Positions 19,181-28,491 of a stretch of 64,000 nucleotides of DNA are shown here, one piece after another. Within the stretch, counting starts at the first letter, position 1, and every line of letters starts with the position of its first letter. This DNA comes from an uncultured Bacteroidales bacterium (GTDB lineage: Bacteria; Bacteroidota; Bacteroidia; Bacteroidales; UBA7960): the NCBI GenBank assembly GCA_964453995.1, contig CAYVQC010000009.1, forward strand, positions 16,408 to 80,407, read 5' to 3'. A program made the translations under genes and the position numbers. Below the pieces are notes generated by a model that did not search any database, was not told the DNA's origin, and worked only from the letters and a program-made list of their open reading frames with translations.

Positions 19181-19298
19181 AATAATTTCGTATGTATTGG
19201 CAAAATAAAAAGGGCTGATATCTTTTTTTGCAAATCCCCGATGAAAAGAGTGAGAGCAAAAGAACACCGAAAAATAACCCTTAAATCGAAACCTAGCT

Positions 19299-20984
19299 AT
19301 GAAGAAGTTAATTGAATGTGTACCCAATTTCAGCGAAGGCAATGATATGAACATAATCCGCCAGATTACCGGCGAGATTGAAGCAGTAGATGGCGTGAAA
19401 TTGTTGGATGTAGATCCCGGAAAAGCCACCAACCGTACTGTAGTGACAATGGTGGGTACTCCGGACGAAGTCATTGAAGCGGCCTTTCGCGCTGTAAAAA
19501 AGGCATCGCAGCTTATAGATATGAGCAAGCACAAGGGAGAACATCCGCGCATGGGTGCTACCGATGTATGTCCGCTGGTACCTGTTGCCGATATATCTAT
19601 GGAAGAAACGGTAGAATATGCCCGGAAACTGGCAGAACGCATTGGTAAGGAACTTGAAATACCTGTGTACTGCTACGAAAATGCTGCCTTTGAAGAAAAG
19701 AGACGCAATCTTGCCAACTGCCGAAGCGGAGAATATGAGGGATTGCCCGATAAACTGCAGAAAGAAGAATGGAAGCCCGATTTTGGTCCCGCAAAATTCA
19801 ATCCCCGCAGTGGGGCCACTGCCGTTGGAGCCCGTGATTTTCTTGTAGCATACAATATTAACCTCAATACCACCTCTACCCGCCGTGCCAATGCCATTGC
19901 TTTTGATGTGCGCGAAAAAGGCAGGGTGAAAAGAGAAGGCAATCCCATTACCGGCAAAGTTGTAACCAATGAAAAAGGAGATAAGGTATGGATTCCCGGA
20001 ACCCTTAAAGCCGTAAAAGCTATCGGTTGGTTTATTGAAGAGTATGGCATTGCCCAAATCTCCATGAACCTTACCAATATTTCTGTTACCCCGGTTCATG
20101 TTGCCTTCGATGAGGTAATGACAAAAGCCGCCGAGCGCGGGATACGGGTTACCGGTTCGGAACTCGTGGGCCTGGTGCCCTTAAAGGCCATGTTGGATGC
20201 CGGAAAATACTTCCTGCGCAAACAACAGCGCAGCGTTGGGGTTTCTGAAGCTGAACTTATCAAAATAGCCGTTAAATCATTGGGTCTCGACGACCTTAAA
20301 CCCTTCAACCCCAAGGAAAAGATCATTGAGTATATGATTGCAGAGGAAGAAGGCAAAAAGCTGGTGGATTTTAATTTACAGGAATTTGCCGATGAAACCG
20401 CCAGTGAGTCACCCGCTCCCGGTGGAGGATCGATTTCCGCCTATGTGGGATCCCTGGGCATCTCCCTGGCCACCATGGTGGCCAATCTGTCATCGCACAA
20501 AAGAGGTTGGGATGACCAGTGGGAATTCTTTGGCAATTGGGCAGAAAAAGGACAGGCCATCAAGGATGAACTTCTTTGGCTGGTTGATGAGGATACCCGC
20601 TCTTTCAATCGTATTATGGATGCATTTGGTATGTCGAAATCCAACGAACAGGAAAAGAAAGCCCGACACAAAGCCATACAGGATGCTACCCGCTATGCTA
20701 TTGAGGTGCCATTCAGAGTAATGAAGAAGGCTTATGAAAGCATGGATATCATCAAAGAAATGGTGGAGCGAGGCAATCCTAATTCGGTTACCGATGCGGG
20801 AGTAGGCGCCCTGTGTGCCCGCACTGCAGTTATGGGAGCTTATATGAACGTAAAGATCAATACTGCCGATTTGGAAGACAAAGCATTTGTAGAGGACATC
20901 CTTAAGCAGGGCAGGGAAATTCAGGAAGCCGCCATAGCTAAAGAAAAAGAGATCCTTAAACTGGTAGAAGAAAAGATTGGATAA
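19299..20984 (+). CDS. Bifunctional glutamate formimidoyltransferase / formimidoyl-THF cyclodeaminase (fused FTCD)
   Basis: 561 aa. The N-terminus ECVPNFSEGN matches the formiminotransferase family. The C-terminal third, with SPAPGGGSISAY, matches the cyclodeaminase domain. Confidence 0.8.
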   Translation: MKKLIECVPNFSEGNDMNIIRQITGEIEAVDGVKLLDVDPGKATNRTVVTMVGTPDEVIEAAFRAVKKASQLIDMSKHKGEHPRMGATDVCPLVPVADISMEETVEYARKLAERIGKELEIPVYCYENAAFEEKRRNLANCRSGEYEGLPDKLQKEEWKPDFGPAKFNPRSGATAVGARDFLVAYNINLNTTSTRRANAIAFDVREKGRVKREGNPITGKVVTNEKGDKVWIPGTLKAVKAIGWFIEEYGIAQISMNLTNISVTPVHVAFDEVMTKAAERGIRVTGSELVGLVPLKAMLDAGKYFLRKQQRSVGVSEAELIKIAVKSLGLDDLKPFNPKEKIIEYMIAEEEGKKLVDFNLQEFADETASESPAPGGGSISAYVGSLGISLATMVANLSSHKRGWDDQWEFFGNWAEKGQAIKDELLWLVDEDTRSFNRIMDAFGMSKSNEQEKKARHKAIQDATRYAIEVPFRVMKKAYESMDIIKEMVERGNPNSVTDAGVGALCARTAVMGAYMNVKINTADLEDKAFVEDILKQGREIQEAAIAKEKEILKLVEEKIG

Positions 20985-21066
20985 TGCATAATTGATAGCT
21001 CCCCCGGTTGATGAGGGTCGTCATACGCAATGATGAATGGCCTGCAATTGAGCGGGGGAAAGCAAA

Positions 21067-22191
21067 TTGAATCATAAAATTTCCGGAAAAATGTTAGATG
21101 ATATTGTGTCGCCGGCTTTACTGGTAGATGAAGATAAATGCCGCCGTAACATACGCAACATGGCGTCAAAGGCTGATTCCCCTGCAGTAAATTTCAGGCC
21201 CCATTTTAAAACCCACCAATCCCTTACAATAGGTCGATGGTTCCGGGAAGCCGGAGTCAGCAGCATTGCAGTCTCTTCATTTTCCATGGCCGAATATTTT
21301 GCCCGCGATCATTGGCAGGATATCATGGTAGCATTCCCGGTAAATATCCGCGAGGTAGAATCTATGAACCGGCTTTCTGCGCAATGTAATCTTTCTGTCT
21401 TGATCGCCGATAATGATACCGTTGAACCTCTTGGAGAAAAGGTGCTCCACGATACCGGCTTCTATATTAAGATTGATGTGGGAAATCATCGCAGTGGCTT
21501 TTTACCGGAGCAGACTGACGCAATTGAATTCTTGCTTAAAGCTGCTGAAAGATTTCCACGGCTGAAGTTCCGTGGGTTTGTTGCCCATGCAGGGCAAACC
21601 TACCACACCGAATCGCTCAATGAAGTCCAGAAGGTTTACTCCAAAGGCTGCAGACAACTTTCAGGCCTTACCCGGCATTTTCGCGATTTTTATCCGGGCA
21701 TAATTTCCTCCTGGGGCGATACACCTTCCTGCAGCCTGATAAATGATTTTGAAGGAATTGATGAGATCAGGCCTGGTAATTTTGTGTTTTATGACTTAAT
21801 GCAATTTCACCTGGCCTCCTGCGACTGGGAAGACATAGCCCTTGCGGTGGCCGCACCTGTTGTGGCCCGCCGCAGCGATCGTAAAGAGGTAATCCTTTAT
21901 GCAGGGGCCGTGCATTTGTCTAAAGACACTCTTTTAATCCCGGATGTAGGACATGTGTACGGTGAGGTAGTAAAACTAACTGCCAGGGGATGGGAAAGAT
22001 TTCCCCAGCCTGTTTATATAAACCGGCTGTCGCAGGAGCATGGCATTTTTTATTGCCCCGACGAGCATATTGACGAATTTGCTCCTGGATCATTGGCCGG
22101 AATTATTCCCGTCCATTCCTGCCTTACCGCAGATTTGCTAAAAGACAAATACTACAACCTGAAAACCCATCGTTTTTTTGAGCAGGAATGA
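21067..22191 (+). CDS. PLP-dependent D-threonine aldolase / D-serine dehydratase-like (alanine racemase N-domain) enzyme
   Basis: 374 aa with the PLP-lysine motif FRPHFKTHQS and an alanine-racemase-type barrel. The tracked start is TTG at 21067, and ATG at 21091 is an alternative. Confidence 0.65.
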   Translation: MNHKISGKMLDDIVSPALLVDEDKCRRNIRNMASKADSPAVNFRPHFKTHQSLTIGRWFREAGVSSIAVSSFSMAEYFARDHWQDIMVAFPVNIREVESMNRLSAQCNLSVLIADNDTVEPLGEKVLHDTGFYIKIDVGNHRSGFLPEQTDAIEFLLKAAERFPRLKFRGFVAHAGQTYHTESLNEVQKVYSKGCRQLSGLTRHFRDFYPGIISSWGDTPSCSLINDFEGIDEIRPGNFVFYDLMQFHLASCDWEDIALAVAAPVVARRSDRKEVILYAGAVHLSKDTLLIPDVGHVYGEVVKLTARGWERFPQPVYINRLSQEHGIFYCPDEHIDEFAPGSLAGIIPVHSCLTADLLKDKYYNLKTHRFFEQE

Positions 22192-22275
22192 CCCGGGTGT
22201 TTCCAGCGTGAAGCGCCTCGCAATGCATATTCCCCTGAAGTCATTCTGAAATTTGCAAAAAAACAACGGAAAGAC

Positions 22276-22306
22276 TTTTGGGAATCCAAAACTATTTTCT
22301 ATCTTT
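22276..22306 (+). promoter_or_regulatory. Bacteroidota-type promoter upstream of rpmH
   Basis: TTTG (22276-22279), a 19-nt spacer, then TATCTTTG (22299-22306). This matches the TTTG/TAnnTTTG consensus exactly. The rpmH ATG lies 120 nt downstream. Confidence 0.5.
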
Positions 22307-22426
22307 GCAATCCCAAAATCCGGGCTGCCAGGGCAGATAAGTTTATCAAAGAAAATCAGGCTGTTAAATTCATTTTGCAGCAAAGGCTATAACGCTGAAA
22401 GTACTCACAGCAAAATATATTAAGCA

Positions 22427-22582
22427 ATGAAAAGGACATTTCAACCATCGAGAAGACGCAGAAAAAACAAGCATGGTTTCAGAAAAAGAATGGAATCTGC
22501 CAACGGACGCAAAGTTTTGGCAGCCAGGAGAGCAAAAGGCAGAAAGAAACTTACTGTGTCTGACGAAAAGACTCATAAGTAA
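22427..22582 (+). CDS. rpmH: 50S ribosomal protein L34
   Basis: My own translation gives [51 protein letters not shown] (51 aa), the classic L34 sequence. It is absent from the ORF track because it is under 60 aa. Confidence 0.9.
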   Translation: MKRTFQPSRRRRKNKHGFRKRMESANGRKVLAARRAKGRKKLTVSDEKTHK

Positions 22583-22612
22583 AGATTTGGTTAATCATTA
22601 ATTTTGGTTATT

Positions 22613-22647
22613 AGGTTGTGTCAGTAAAAATTGATGCAACCTTTTTG
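22613..22647 (+). terminator. Probable rho-independent terminator after rpmH
   Basis: AGGTTG...CAACCT stem, extended by TCA/TGA across a 2x2 internal loop, followed by TTTTT. Confidence 0.5.
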
Positions 22648-22756
22648 GTTTATACCTGCCTGTGATTTATGCCTACATCGTTCTCCAGTATTTTATACCC
22701 GCGAATTTTAAGCAGGATTAACGATAAGACCAACTCCCGGGGCCCCATGCAGGTGA

Positions 22757-22786
22757 TTTGATAGTGAATGATTTTTCTTACTTTTG
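22757..22786 (+). promoter_or_regulatory. Bacteroidota-type promoter with a long leader upstream of the DUF4834-like/YfhO-like/GT4 genes
   Basis: TTTG (22757-22760), an 18-nt spacer, then TACTTTTG (22779-22786). The next annotated ATG is about 180 nt downstream at 22971. Confidence 0.45.
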
Positions 22787-22970
22787 CCTAGTATTATGCA
22801 ACCAATGTAATTTCGGTAGTTTTACGATCAGTTCACGGGAAATATAAAGTGAAATGAAAGAAACCGAAAACGTAACAAAAATTTTAAAACCACTAACAGC
22901 CCTGATAGTAAAAACCATGCACAACCTCACCGGTTTCTTTTAAAGTATCATCTGTTAAATTTCTTTCCTT

Positions 22971-23267
22971 ATGACTCTTATAAAAATCATAGCTATATTT
23001 GTTCTGGCTTACCTGATATTCCGGTTTGTCACACTGTACATTCTTCCATGGGCTCTTCGCTGGTTCATCAACAAACAAAAGGAAAAGTTCTACCAGCAAA
23101 ACCCTCATTTCAGAAAGGATAAAGAGCCGTCAGCAAAAAAGGGTGACATCAGATTCAGTGGCAAGGTGCATGGTACTAATGGTAAGTCTTCAGGACAAAT
23201 CGGTGAATATGTGGATTATGAAGAGATCAAAGAGGACAAAAAGAAAGACAGGGAGAAAGAATCCTGA
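22971..23267 (+). CDS. Small single-pass membrane protein, DUF4834-like
   Basis: 98 aa with an N-terminal TM helix (IIAIFVLAYLIFRFVTLYILPW), a basic/acidic low-complexity tail and a GEYVDYEEI motif that I associate with DUF4834. Confidence 0.55.
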   Translation: MTLIKIIAIFVLAYLIFRFVTLYILPWALRWFINKQKEKFYQQNPHFRKDKEPSAKKGDIRFSGKVHGTNGKSSGQIGEYVDYEEIKEDKKKDREKES

Positions 23268-23326
23268 TCCCTGCAAACAACAGGAGCGTACTTGAAAAAT
23301 CTAACCAGTTAAAATAAATAGGAAAA

Positions 23327-25789
23327 ATGCAAAAATCTGATTGGAACAAAGTTTTGCCCTATGTGGGTGCCATTGTTATTTTTTTGATTTTAAGCCTTGG
23401 CTATGTTTATCCTGTTTTGCAGGGAAAAAGATTATTGCAATCAGACATTGTTAAGTTTGAAGGAATGGCCCGGGAGATCAAGGAATACAGAGAAGAAACC
23501 GGTAAAGAAGCCCTGTGGACCAATTCTATGTTTGGAGGCATGCCGGCTTTTCAGATCTCTGTAAAATACAGCAACAACATTTCCAACTTTTTCCATAAAG
23601 TTTTTTCCCTTGGGTTGCCTCGTCCTGCAGATATGATTTTCCTTTATTTCGCAGGATTTTTTGTTTTTCTGCTGGTAATGAAGGTCAATGTATGGATAGC
23701 ATTCCTTGGGGCGTTGGCTTTTGCTTTCTCCTCCTATCATTTCATCATCATTGAAGCCGGACATAATTCCAAGGCTCTTGCCATTGCCTATATGGCACCT
23801 GTGCTGGCCTCTATTGTGCATACCTTCAGAGGACATTACTATTCCGGTGCCATATTATTTGCCCTCTTTCTTGCTTTGCAATTGTTTTCCAACCACCTCC
23901 AGATTACTTACTATCTTTTGATAATCGTTATCTTTTACGGCATAGCAAAATTTATACACCTGCTGGCGGAACGCAAACATTTGGTTTTTCTTAAGGCCAC
24001 CGGAGTACTGGTGGTGGCAGCCATCATTGCTGTGGGTGTTAATATAGGCAACTTCTGGAGTACCTATGTGTATACTTCTGAAACTATGCGTGGTGGTACC
24101 GAGCTTACCACAGGCGAGGAGGCCAATACTTCAGGATTAAGTACTGAATATATCACCAACTGGAGTTACGGAATTTCAGAAACCTTTTCTTTGCTGATCC
24201 CCAATGTAAAGGGAGGCGCAACGGGTATGCTCAGCGAAAATGACCGTGCCATGGGGGCTGTTGAACCTGCCGTTCGCAGAAATATTGGGCAGGCCAATCA
24301 ATACTGGGGAAACCAACCTTTTACCTCCGGGCCGGTATATGTGGGAGCCGGAATATTGTTCCTTTTCATTTTATCCCTCTTTTTTGTGAAAGGACCATTG
24401 AAGTGGGGCTTACTGATTGCTGCAATTCTTGCTGTTTTATTGTCGTGGGGAAAGAATTTCATGCCCCTTACCGAGTACTTCATCAATCATGTGCCAGGAT
24501 ATAATAAATTCAGGGCTGTTTCAATGACCCTGGTAATTGCAGAAATGGTGATTCCTGCCATTGCTTTTATCGGATTACATAAGCTCTTTACAGGAAAGGT
24601 AAAAATCACTTATCCTGCCTTTTTTACGGCACTGGGGCTCACAGCCGGCCTTGCCTTGTTGTTTTACCTGGCTCCCAGGACATTCTTCTCCTTCTTCAGC
24701 GATGAGGAAAGAGCGATGTTTACCGATTGGATGGCCCAGGAGCAGCAACAACAGGCTTTCATCTTCCAGATCCGTGAAAATCTTGAAAATGCCAGGGTAG
24801 CCATTTTCAGGGCCGATGCTCTTCGCAGTGTATTTTTTGCCATGGCCACCGCTGCAGCAGTGCTGCTTATGGCCCTGGGAAAGATTAAAAAACCATTGTT
24901 TGTAGTTGTTTTGGCCTTGTTGATTGTATTGGATATGTGGACAGTAAACCGTCGCTATTTCGATGATACCAACTTTGTTCCCCGGCGCCAGGTAGAGAAT
25001 CCTTACCAACCAACACAGGCAAACCAGCAAATCCTCAGAGATACTGATCCGCATTTCAGGGTATATAATGTTACGGTAAACAGCTTCAATGATGCCTCTA
25101 CAAGTTGGTTTCACAAATCAATAGGAGGTTATCATGGCGCCAAACTGCAACGCTACCAGGAGCTTATTGATAATCATATTACCCAGGGCAATATGGAAGT
25201 ACTCAATATGCTCAATACAAAATACCTCATCGCACCCGGGCCCGATCGACAACCAGAAGCAAGTTTGAATGAAGATGCACTGGGCAATGCCTGGTTTGCT
25301 CACGAGCTGCAATGGGTCGATAATGCTGATGAAGAGTTGAACGAACTCAATAATATTGACCCTGAGATTACCGCCCTTATTGACACAAGATTTGCCGAAG
25401 AGGTTAACACCACCATTTTACCTCCCGAAGAGCAAGATCAAATAGAACTGGTACATTATGAACCCAATGTTCTAAAATATACCGCACAAACTTCCGGGCC
25501 AAGACTGGCTATTTTTTCCGAAGTTTATTATCCCCATGGCTGGAAGGTCTATCTGAACGGTGAGGAAACCTCTCATTTCCGGGCAAATTATATCCTCAGG
25601 GCTATGGTGTTGCCAGCGGGAAATCATGATATAGAGTTTCGTTTTGAGCCCAGGTCATTCTATACCGGGGAAACAATTGCCCTCATTTTCAGTGTTATCC
25701 TCGTTCTGGCAATGGTTGGTTACGCCATTCTGCAATGGCGGAAAACGAATTCGAAAGGTGCTTCTTCAGATACCACCGACACATTCTGA
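23327..25789 (+). CDS. Large polytopic membrane protein, YfhO-like (putative glycosyl-transfer / envelope glycosylation membrane protein)
   Basis: 820 aa. It has about 12 or more hydrophobic segments in the N-terminal 550 aa, a soluble C-terminal domain and a final TM helix. The architecture and N-terminus resemble Bacteroidota YfhO-family proteins. Confidence 0.5.
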   Translation: MQKSDWNKVLPYVGAIVIFLILSLGYVYPVLQGKRLLQSDIVKFEGMAREIKEYREETGKEALWTNSMFGGMPAFQISVKYSNNISNFFHKVFSLGLPRPADMIFLYFAGFFVFLLVMKVNVWIAFLGALAFAFSSYHFIIIEAGHNSKALAIAYMAPVLASIVHTFRGHYYSGAILFALFLALQLFSNHLQITYYLLIIVIFYGIAKFIHLLAERKHLVFLKATGVLVVAAIIAVGVNIGNFWSTYVYTSETMRGGTELTTGEEANTSGLSTEYITNWSYGISETFSLLIPNVKGGATGMLSENDRAMGAVEPAVRRNIGQANQYWGNQPFTSGPVYVGAGILFLFILSLFFVKGPLKWGLLIAAILAVLLSWGKNFMPLTEYFINHVPGYNKFRAVSMTLVIAEMVIPAIAFIGLHKLFTGKVKITYPAFFTALGLTAGLALLFYLAPRTFFSFFSDEERAMFTDWMAQEQQQQAFIFQIRENLENARVAIFRADALRSVFFAMATAAAVLLMALGKIKKPLFVVVLALLIVLDMWTVNRRYFDDTNFVPRRQVENPYQPTQANQQILRDTDPHFRVYNVTVNSFNDASTSWFHKSIGGYHGAKLQRYQELIDNHITQGNMEVLNMLNTKYLIAPGPDRQPEASLNEDALGNAWFAHELQWVDNADEELNELNNIDPEITALIDTRFAEEVNTTILPPEEQDQIELVHYEPNVLKYTAQTSGPRLAIFSEVYYPHGWKVYLNGEETSHFRANYILRAMVLPAGNHDIEFRFEPRSFYTGETIALIFSVILVLAMVGYAILQWRKTNSKGASSDTTDTF

Positions 25790-25886
25790 TCGGGATACCA
25801 TTGTCCAATACCTTTAATGCATTTTGAAGGAGAGGAGTTTTTTTATGGACAAGCAACGTAAGATCTGTATCGTATAAACCAGGGGT

Positions 25887-27194
25887 ATGCCGAACAAGGA
25901 AAAAGTACTCATTATCAGTTATTACTGGCCCCCCAGTGGGGGGCCGGGAGTACAGCGCTGGATGAAATTTGTGAAGTATATGCCCCTGTTTGGACTGCAG
26001 CCTGTGGTTGTGACTGTTGACCCGTACCAGGCAACCTATCCTGTTACCGATCCGGGGTTGGCACAAGAAGTGGATCCCAGCGTGCAGGTTTACAAAACCC
26101 CTACCCGGGAGCCTTATGCCCTGTACAAAAAAATCTTCCGCAAAAAACAAGTTCCTTATTCGGGGTTTACCAATGAAGGCAACGAAGGGATCTCTTCTGC
26201 CCTATCAAGATTTATCAGGGGCAATCTCTTTATTCCCGATGCACGAAAAGGGTGGAACCCCTATGCAGTAAGAAAAGCTGCTCAACTTATTGAGCAATGT
26301 AATATCAAATTGCTCATTACTACAAGTCCGCCCCATTCTACGCAACTGGCAGGGCTAAAACTAAAATCATTGTTTCCCCACCTTAAGTGGATTGCCGATT
26401 TGCGTGATCCCTGGACCGACATCTTTTATTACCAGAAGATGCACCATCTGCCCTTTGCCCGAAAACTTGACCTTGCCCTGGAAAAAAGTGTGCTGAACAA
26501 AGCCGATGTGGTAGTTACCGTAAGCGATCATTTGAAATCAATCTTTGAGAAAAAGCAGAATGAGGGCCATCCCAGCCCACTGGTGGTCATTCCCAACGGG
26601 TTTGACCCGGATGATTTCCAGGGTTTTAATGTTGAGCCGGAGAAAGGAATTTTTACCATCGGTTATACTGGCACATTATCAGACAGCTACAATCTATCTG
26701 CCTTCATAAAGGCTCTTGAAAGATTACTATCAAAGGGGAATTATAATTTGCGTATGAATGTTGCCGGACATATAAGCTCCCAGTGGTCGGATAAGCTCAG
26801 CGATGTACTTGTGGGCAGACTGGTAAACCAGGGGCATGTAAATCACAGGCAGGCCATCGGTACCATGCTGCAATCCGACCTGTTGCTGCTGGTCATTCCG
26901 CAGATGCAGCAAAATGAGGGGATCATTACGGGGAAGATCTTCGAATACCTGGCCGCCAGGCGACCGGTTTTGGGCATTGGCCCCTTGAAGGGCGATGCAG
27001 CAAGTGTTCTCGGCCAAACCAAAAGTGGCCGCATGTTCGACTTTGATGATCACGAGGGGATAGAAAATTTCCTGCTAGATTTTATGGAAGGAAAAAGCCG
27101 TTTTGAACCCGATTTCAATATGGTAAATTCTTACTCGAGAAAAGCACTTACTTCAAAGCTTGCTTCCATTGCCTCCGATTTACTTCAGGAATGA
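25887..27194 (+). CDS. Glycosyltransferase family 4 (GT-B, group 1) protein
   Basis: 435 aa. It has the N-terminus VLIISYYWPPSGGPGVQRW and a C-terminal GT1-type E-x7-E-like region (GKIFEYLAARRPVLG). Confidence 0.7.
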   Translation: MPNKEKVLIISYYWPPSGGPGVQRWMKFVKYMPLFGLQPVVVTVDPYQATYPVTDPGLAQEVDPSVQVYKTPTREPYALYKKIFRKKQVPYSGFTNEGNEGISSALSRFIRGNLFIPDARKGWNPYAVRKAAQLIEQCNIKLLITTSPPHSTQLAGLKLKSLFPHLKWIADLRDPWTDIFYYQKMHHLPFARKLDLALEKSVLNKADVVVTVSDHLKSIFEKKQNEGHPSPLVVIPNGFDPDDFQGFNVEPEKGIFTIGYTGTLSDSYNLSAFIKALERLLSKGNYNLRMNVAGHISSQWSDKLSDVLVGRLVNQGHVNHRQAIGTMLQSDLLLLVIPQMQQNEGIITGKIFEYLAARRPVLGIGPLKGDAASVLGQTKSGRMFDFDDHEGIENFLLDFMEGKSRFEPDFNMVNSYSRKALTSKLASIASDLLQE

Positions 27195-27223
27195 TGTGGC
27201 AGGAGCAGCATTAAGACCCACCG

Positions 27224-28153
27224 TTAATACCATGCCGGGTTAATGAGCCCCTTTCCTCTTACAATGCTATAGCCTGACAAGGCAAGATAGGAAACGACGA
27301 AATTTAATCCTGATACGATGGAGGCAAAAACAAATAATGCCCCGAAAGTCCCCACCCATCTGTTGATGCCGGAAGAATAGCTTTCAATTTTTATATAGTT
27401 CCACCAGTGGCCAAAATGACTGCTGATGCCAGTTGCTTCCAGACCCAAAACCACCACGTTAAACAACAGAAAGAATATAATCAGGGAGATCAGCCCCCCG
27501 GTAGCGCCCTTTATATCAGGAGGACTGAGTTCCATATGCGATGAAATACAAATGGCCAGGTACAAAAATATCCAGAATCTGTAATCACTGAAATTGGATG
27601 TATCGAAAAGACTGGTAAGAGTGGTTTGCGAGGTGATCCAGATAGAGCGCAAAGCAGCAGTATATTCTCCCTGTACTCCCGCCACCAGCGTTTGCCCTTG
27701 CTGCTCCATACCCGAAAGGATGGGTTCCCTGTTGGGGACTAAAAAATACAAGGCACCATAAAGTACCATTGCCCCAAAGATAATAGGTCCCATTCCAATA
27801 AAAAAGTTTCCGATGCGCTGATAGGTGCTGCCGGGGTTATAGGAATGATTGACATATCCCAAGGTGCCATCTGTTGAATTGGGAGTGTATAGCTTAATTT
27901 CGTTGATACGGTGGCGAAAAACAATGCAAAAGAGTGCATGACCAAGTTCATGTACCGGAGTGCCTATCCAACCCGTAACAAAAACATCCATTTTATGCCC
28001 TACCGTTTTTACATAGGTAAGCCTGGTGAAGCGGGCAAACAAATAAAGAATCAGCCCGAAAACAAAGAGCAGGCCCAATAGCCAGATCAATTGACTGAAA
28101 GTGGTTGCCACCACCAGCCTGAAAAATTCAAGAATACTGTTCAATTCCCCCAT
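27224..28153 (-). CDS. Polytopic membrane protein with an HExxH motif (putative membrane zinc metalloprotease, DUF3267-like)
   Basis: 309 aa with about 7 hydrophobic segments. The motif TPVHELGHALF follows the first TM helix. The family call is tentative. Confidence 0.45.
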   Translation of the reverse strand: MGELNSILEFFRLVVATTFSQLIWLLGLLFVFGLILYLFARFTRLTYVKTVGHKMDVFVTGWIGTPVHELGHALFCIVFRHRINEIKLYTPNSTDGTLGYVNHSYNPGSTYQRIGNFFIGMGPIIFGAMVLYGALYFLVPNREPILSGMEQQGQTLVAGVQGEYTAALRSIWITSQTTLTSLFDTSNFSDYRFWIFLYLAICISSHMELSPPDIKGATGGLISLIIFFLLFNVVVLGLEATGISSHFGHWWNYIKIESYSSGINRWVGTFGALFVFASIVSGLNFVVSYLALSGYSIVRGKGLINPAWY

Positions 28154-28254
28154 TATGATTCTGGTTAGTGTTTTCGGGCACTAAAATAACTGATTTCGGG
28201 TAACAAAGCCAATGAGGTAACAAATAAAATTGTGAGAATCAGGGATGGTAGAAA

Positions 28255-28293
28255 CGAAAAAAGGATTACAACCCTAAGTTGCAATCCTTTTTT
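28255..28293 (-). terminator. Bidirectional-looking terminator hairpin downstream of tRNA-Val
   Basis: 10-bp stem GGATTACAAC/GTTGCAATCC with one A-C mismatch on the plus strand, which becomes a G-U pair on the minus strand. It has a 5-nt loop and is flanked by A6 and T6, so the minus-strand RNA ends in a U run. Confidence 0.7.
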
Positions 28294-28298
28294 CAACG

Positions 28299-28373
28299 TG
28301 GGACGTACAAGATTCGAACCTGTGACCTCATGCCTGTCAAGCATGCGCTCTAAACCTACTGAGCTAACGTCCC
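28299..28373 (-). tRNA. tRNA-Val (anticodon GAC)
   Basis: The reverse complement GGGACGTTAGCTCAGTAGG...GGTTCGAATCTTGTACGTCCCA folds as a cloverleaf. The anticodon stem is CATGC/GCATG with loop TTGACAG. The T-loop is GGTTCGAAT. Length is 75 nt. Confidence 0.9.
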
Positions 28374-28491
28374 GGTTAAATAGTTTTCAATACCCATCGA
28401 ATTCTTCAGGCGGGCTATTGCGCTTTGGAGCTTGCTTTACCTGAAACGGGAATACAAAAGTATGAAAAAATGTATTTCCGAAAGCCAAACT

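Noticed and set aside
22370-22576. 68-aa minus-strand ORF in the ORF track
   Set aside because: It overlaps the unmistakable plus-strand rpmH (L34) coding sequence at 22427-22582 and is an antisense artefact.
23026-23295. 89-aa alternative-frame ORF overlapping the DUF4834-like gene
   Set aside because: The 22971 frame encodes a clean TM helix and the conserved GEYVDYEEI tail. The alternative frame is Ser/Lys/Arg-rich noise.
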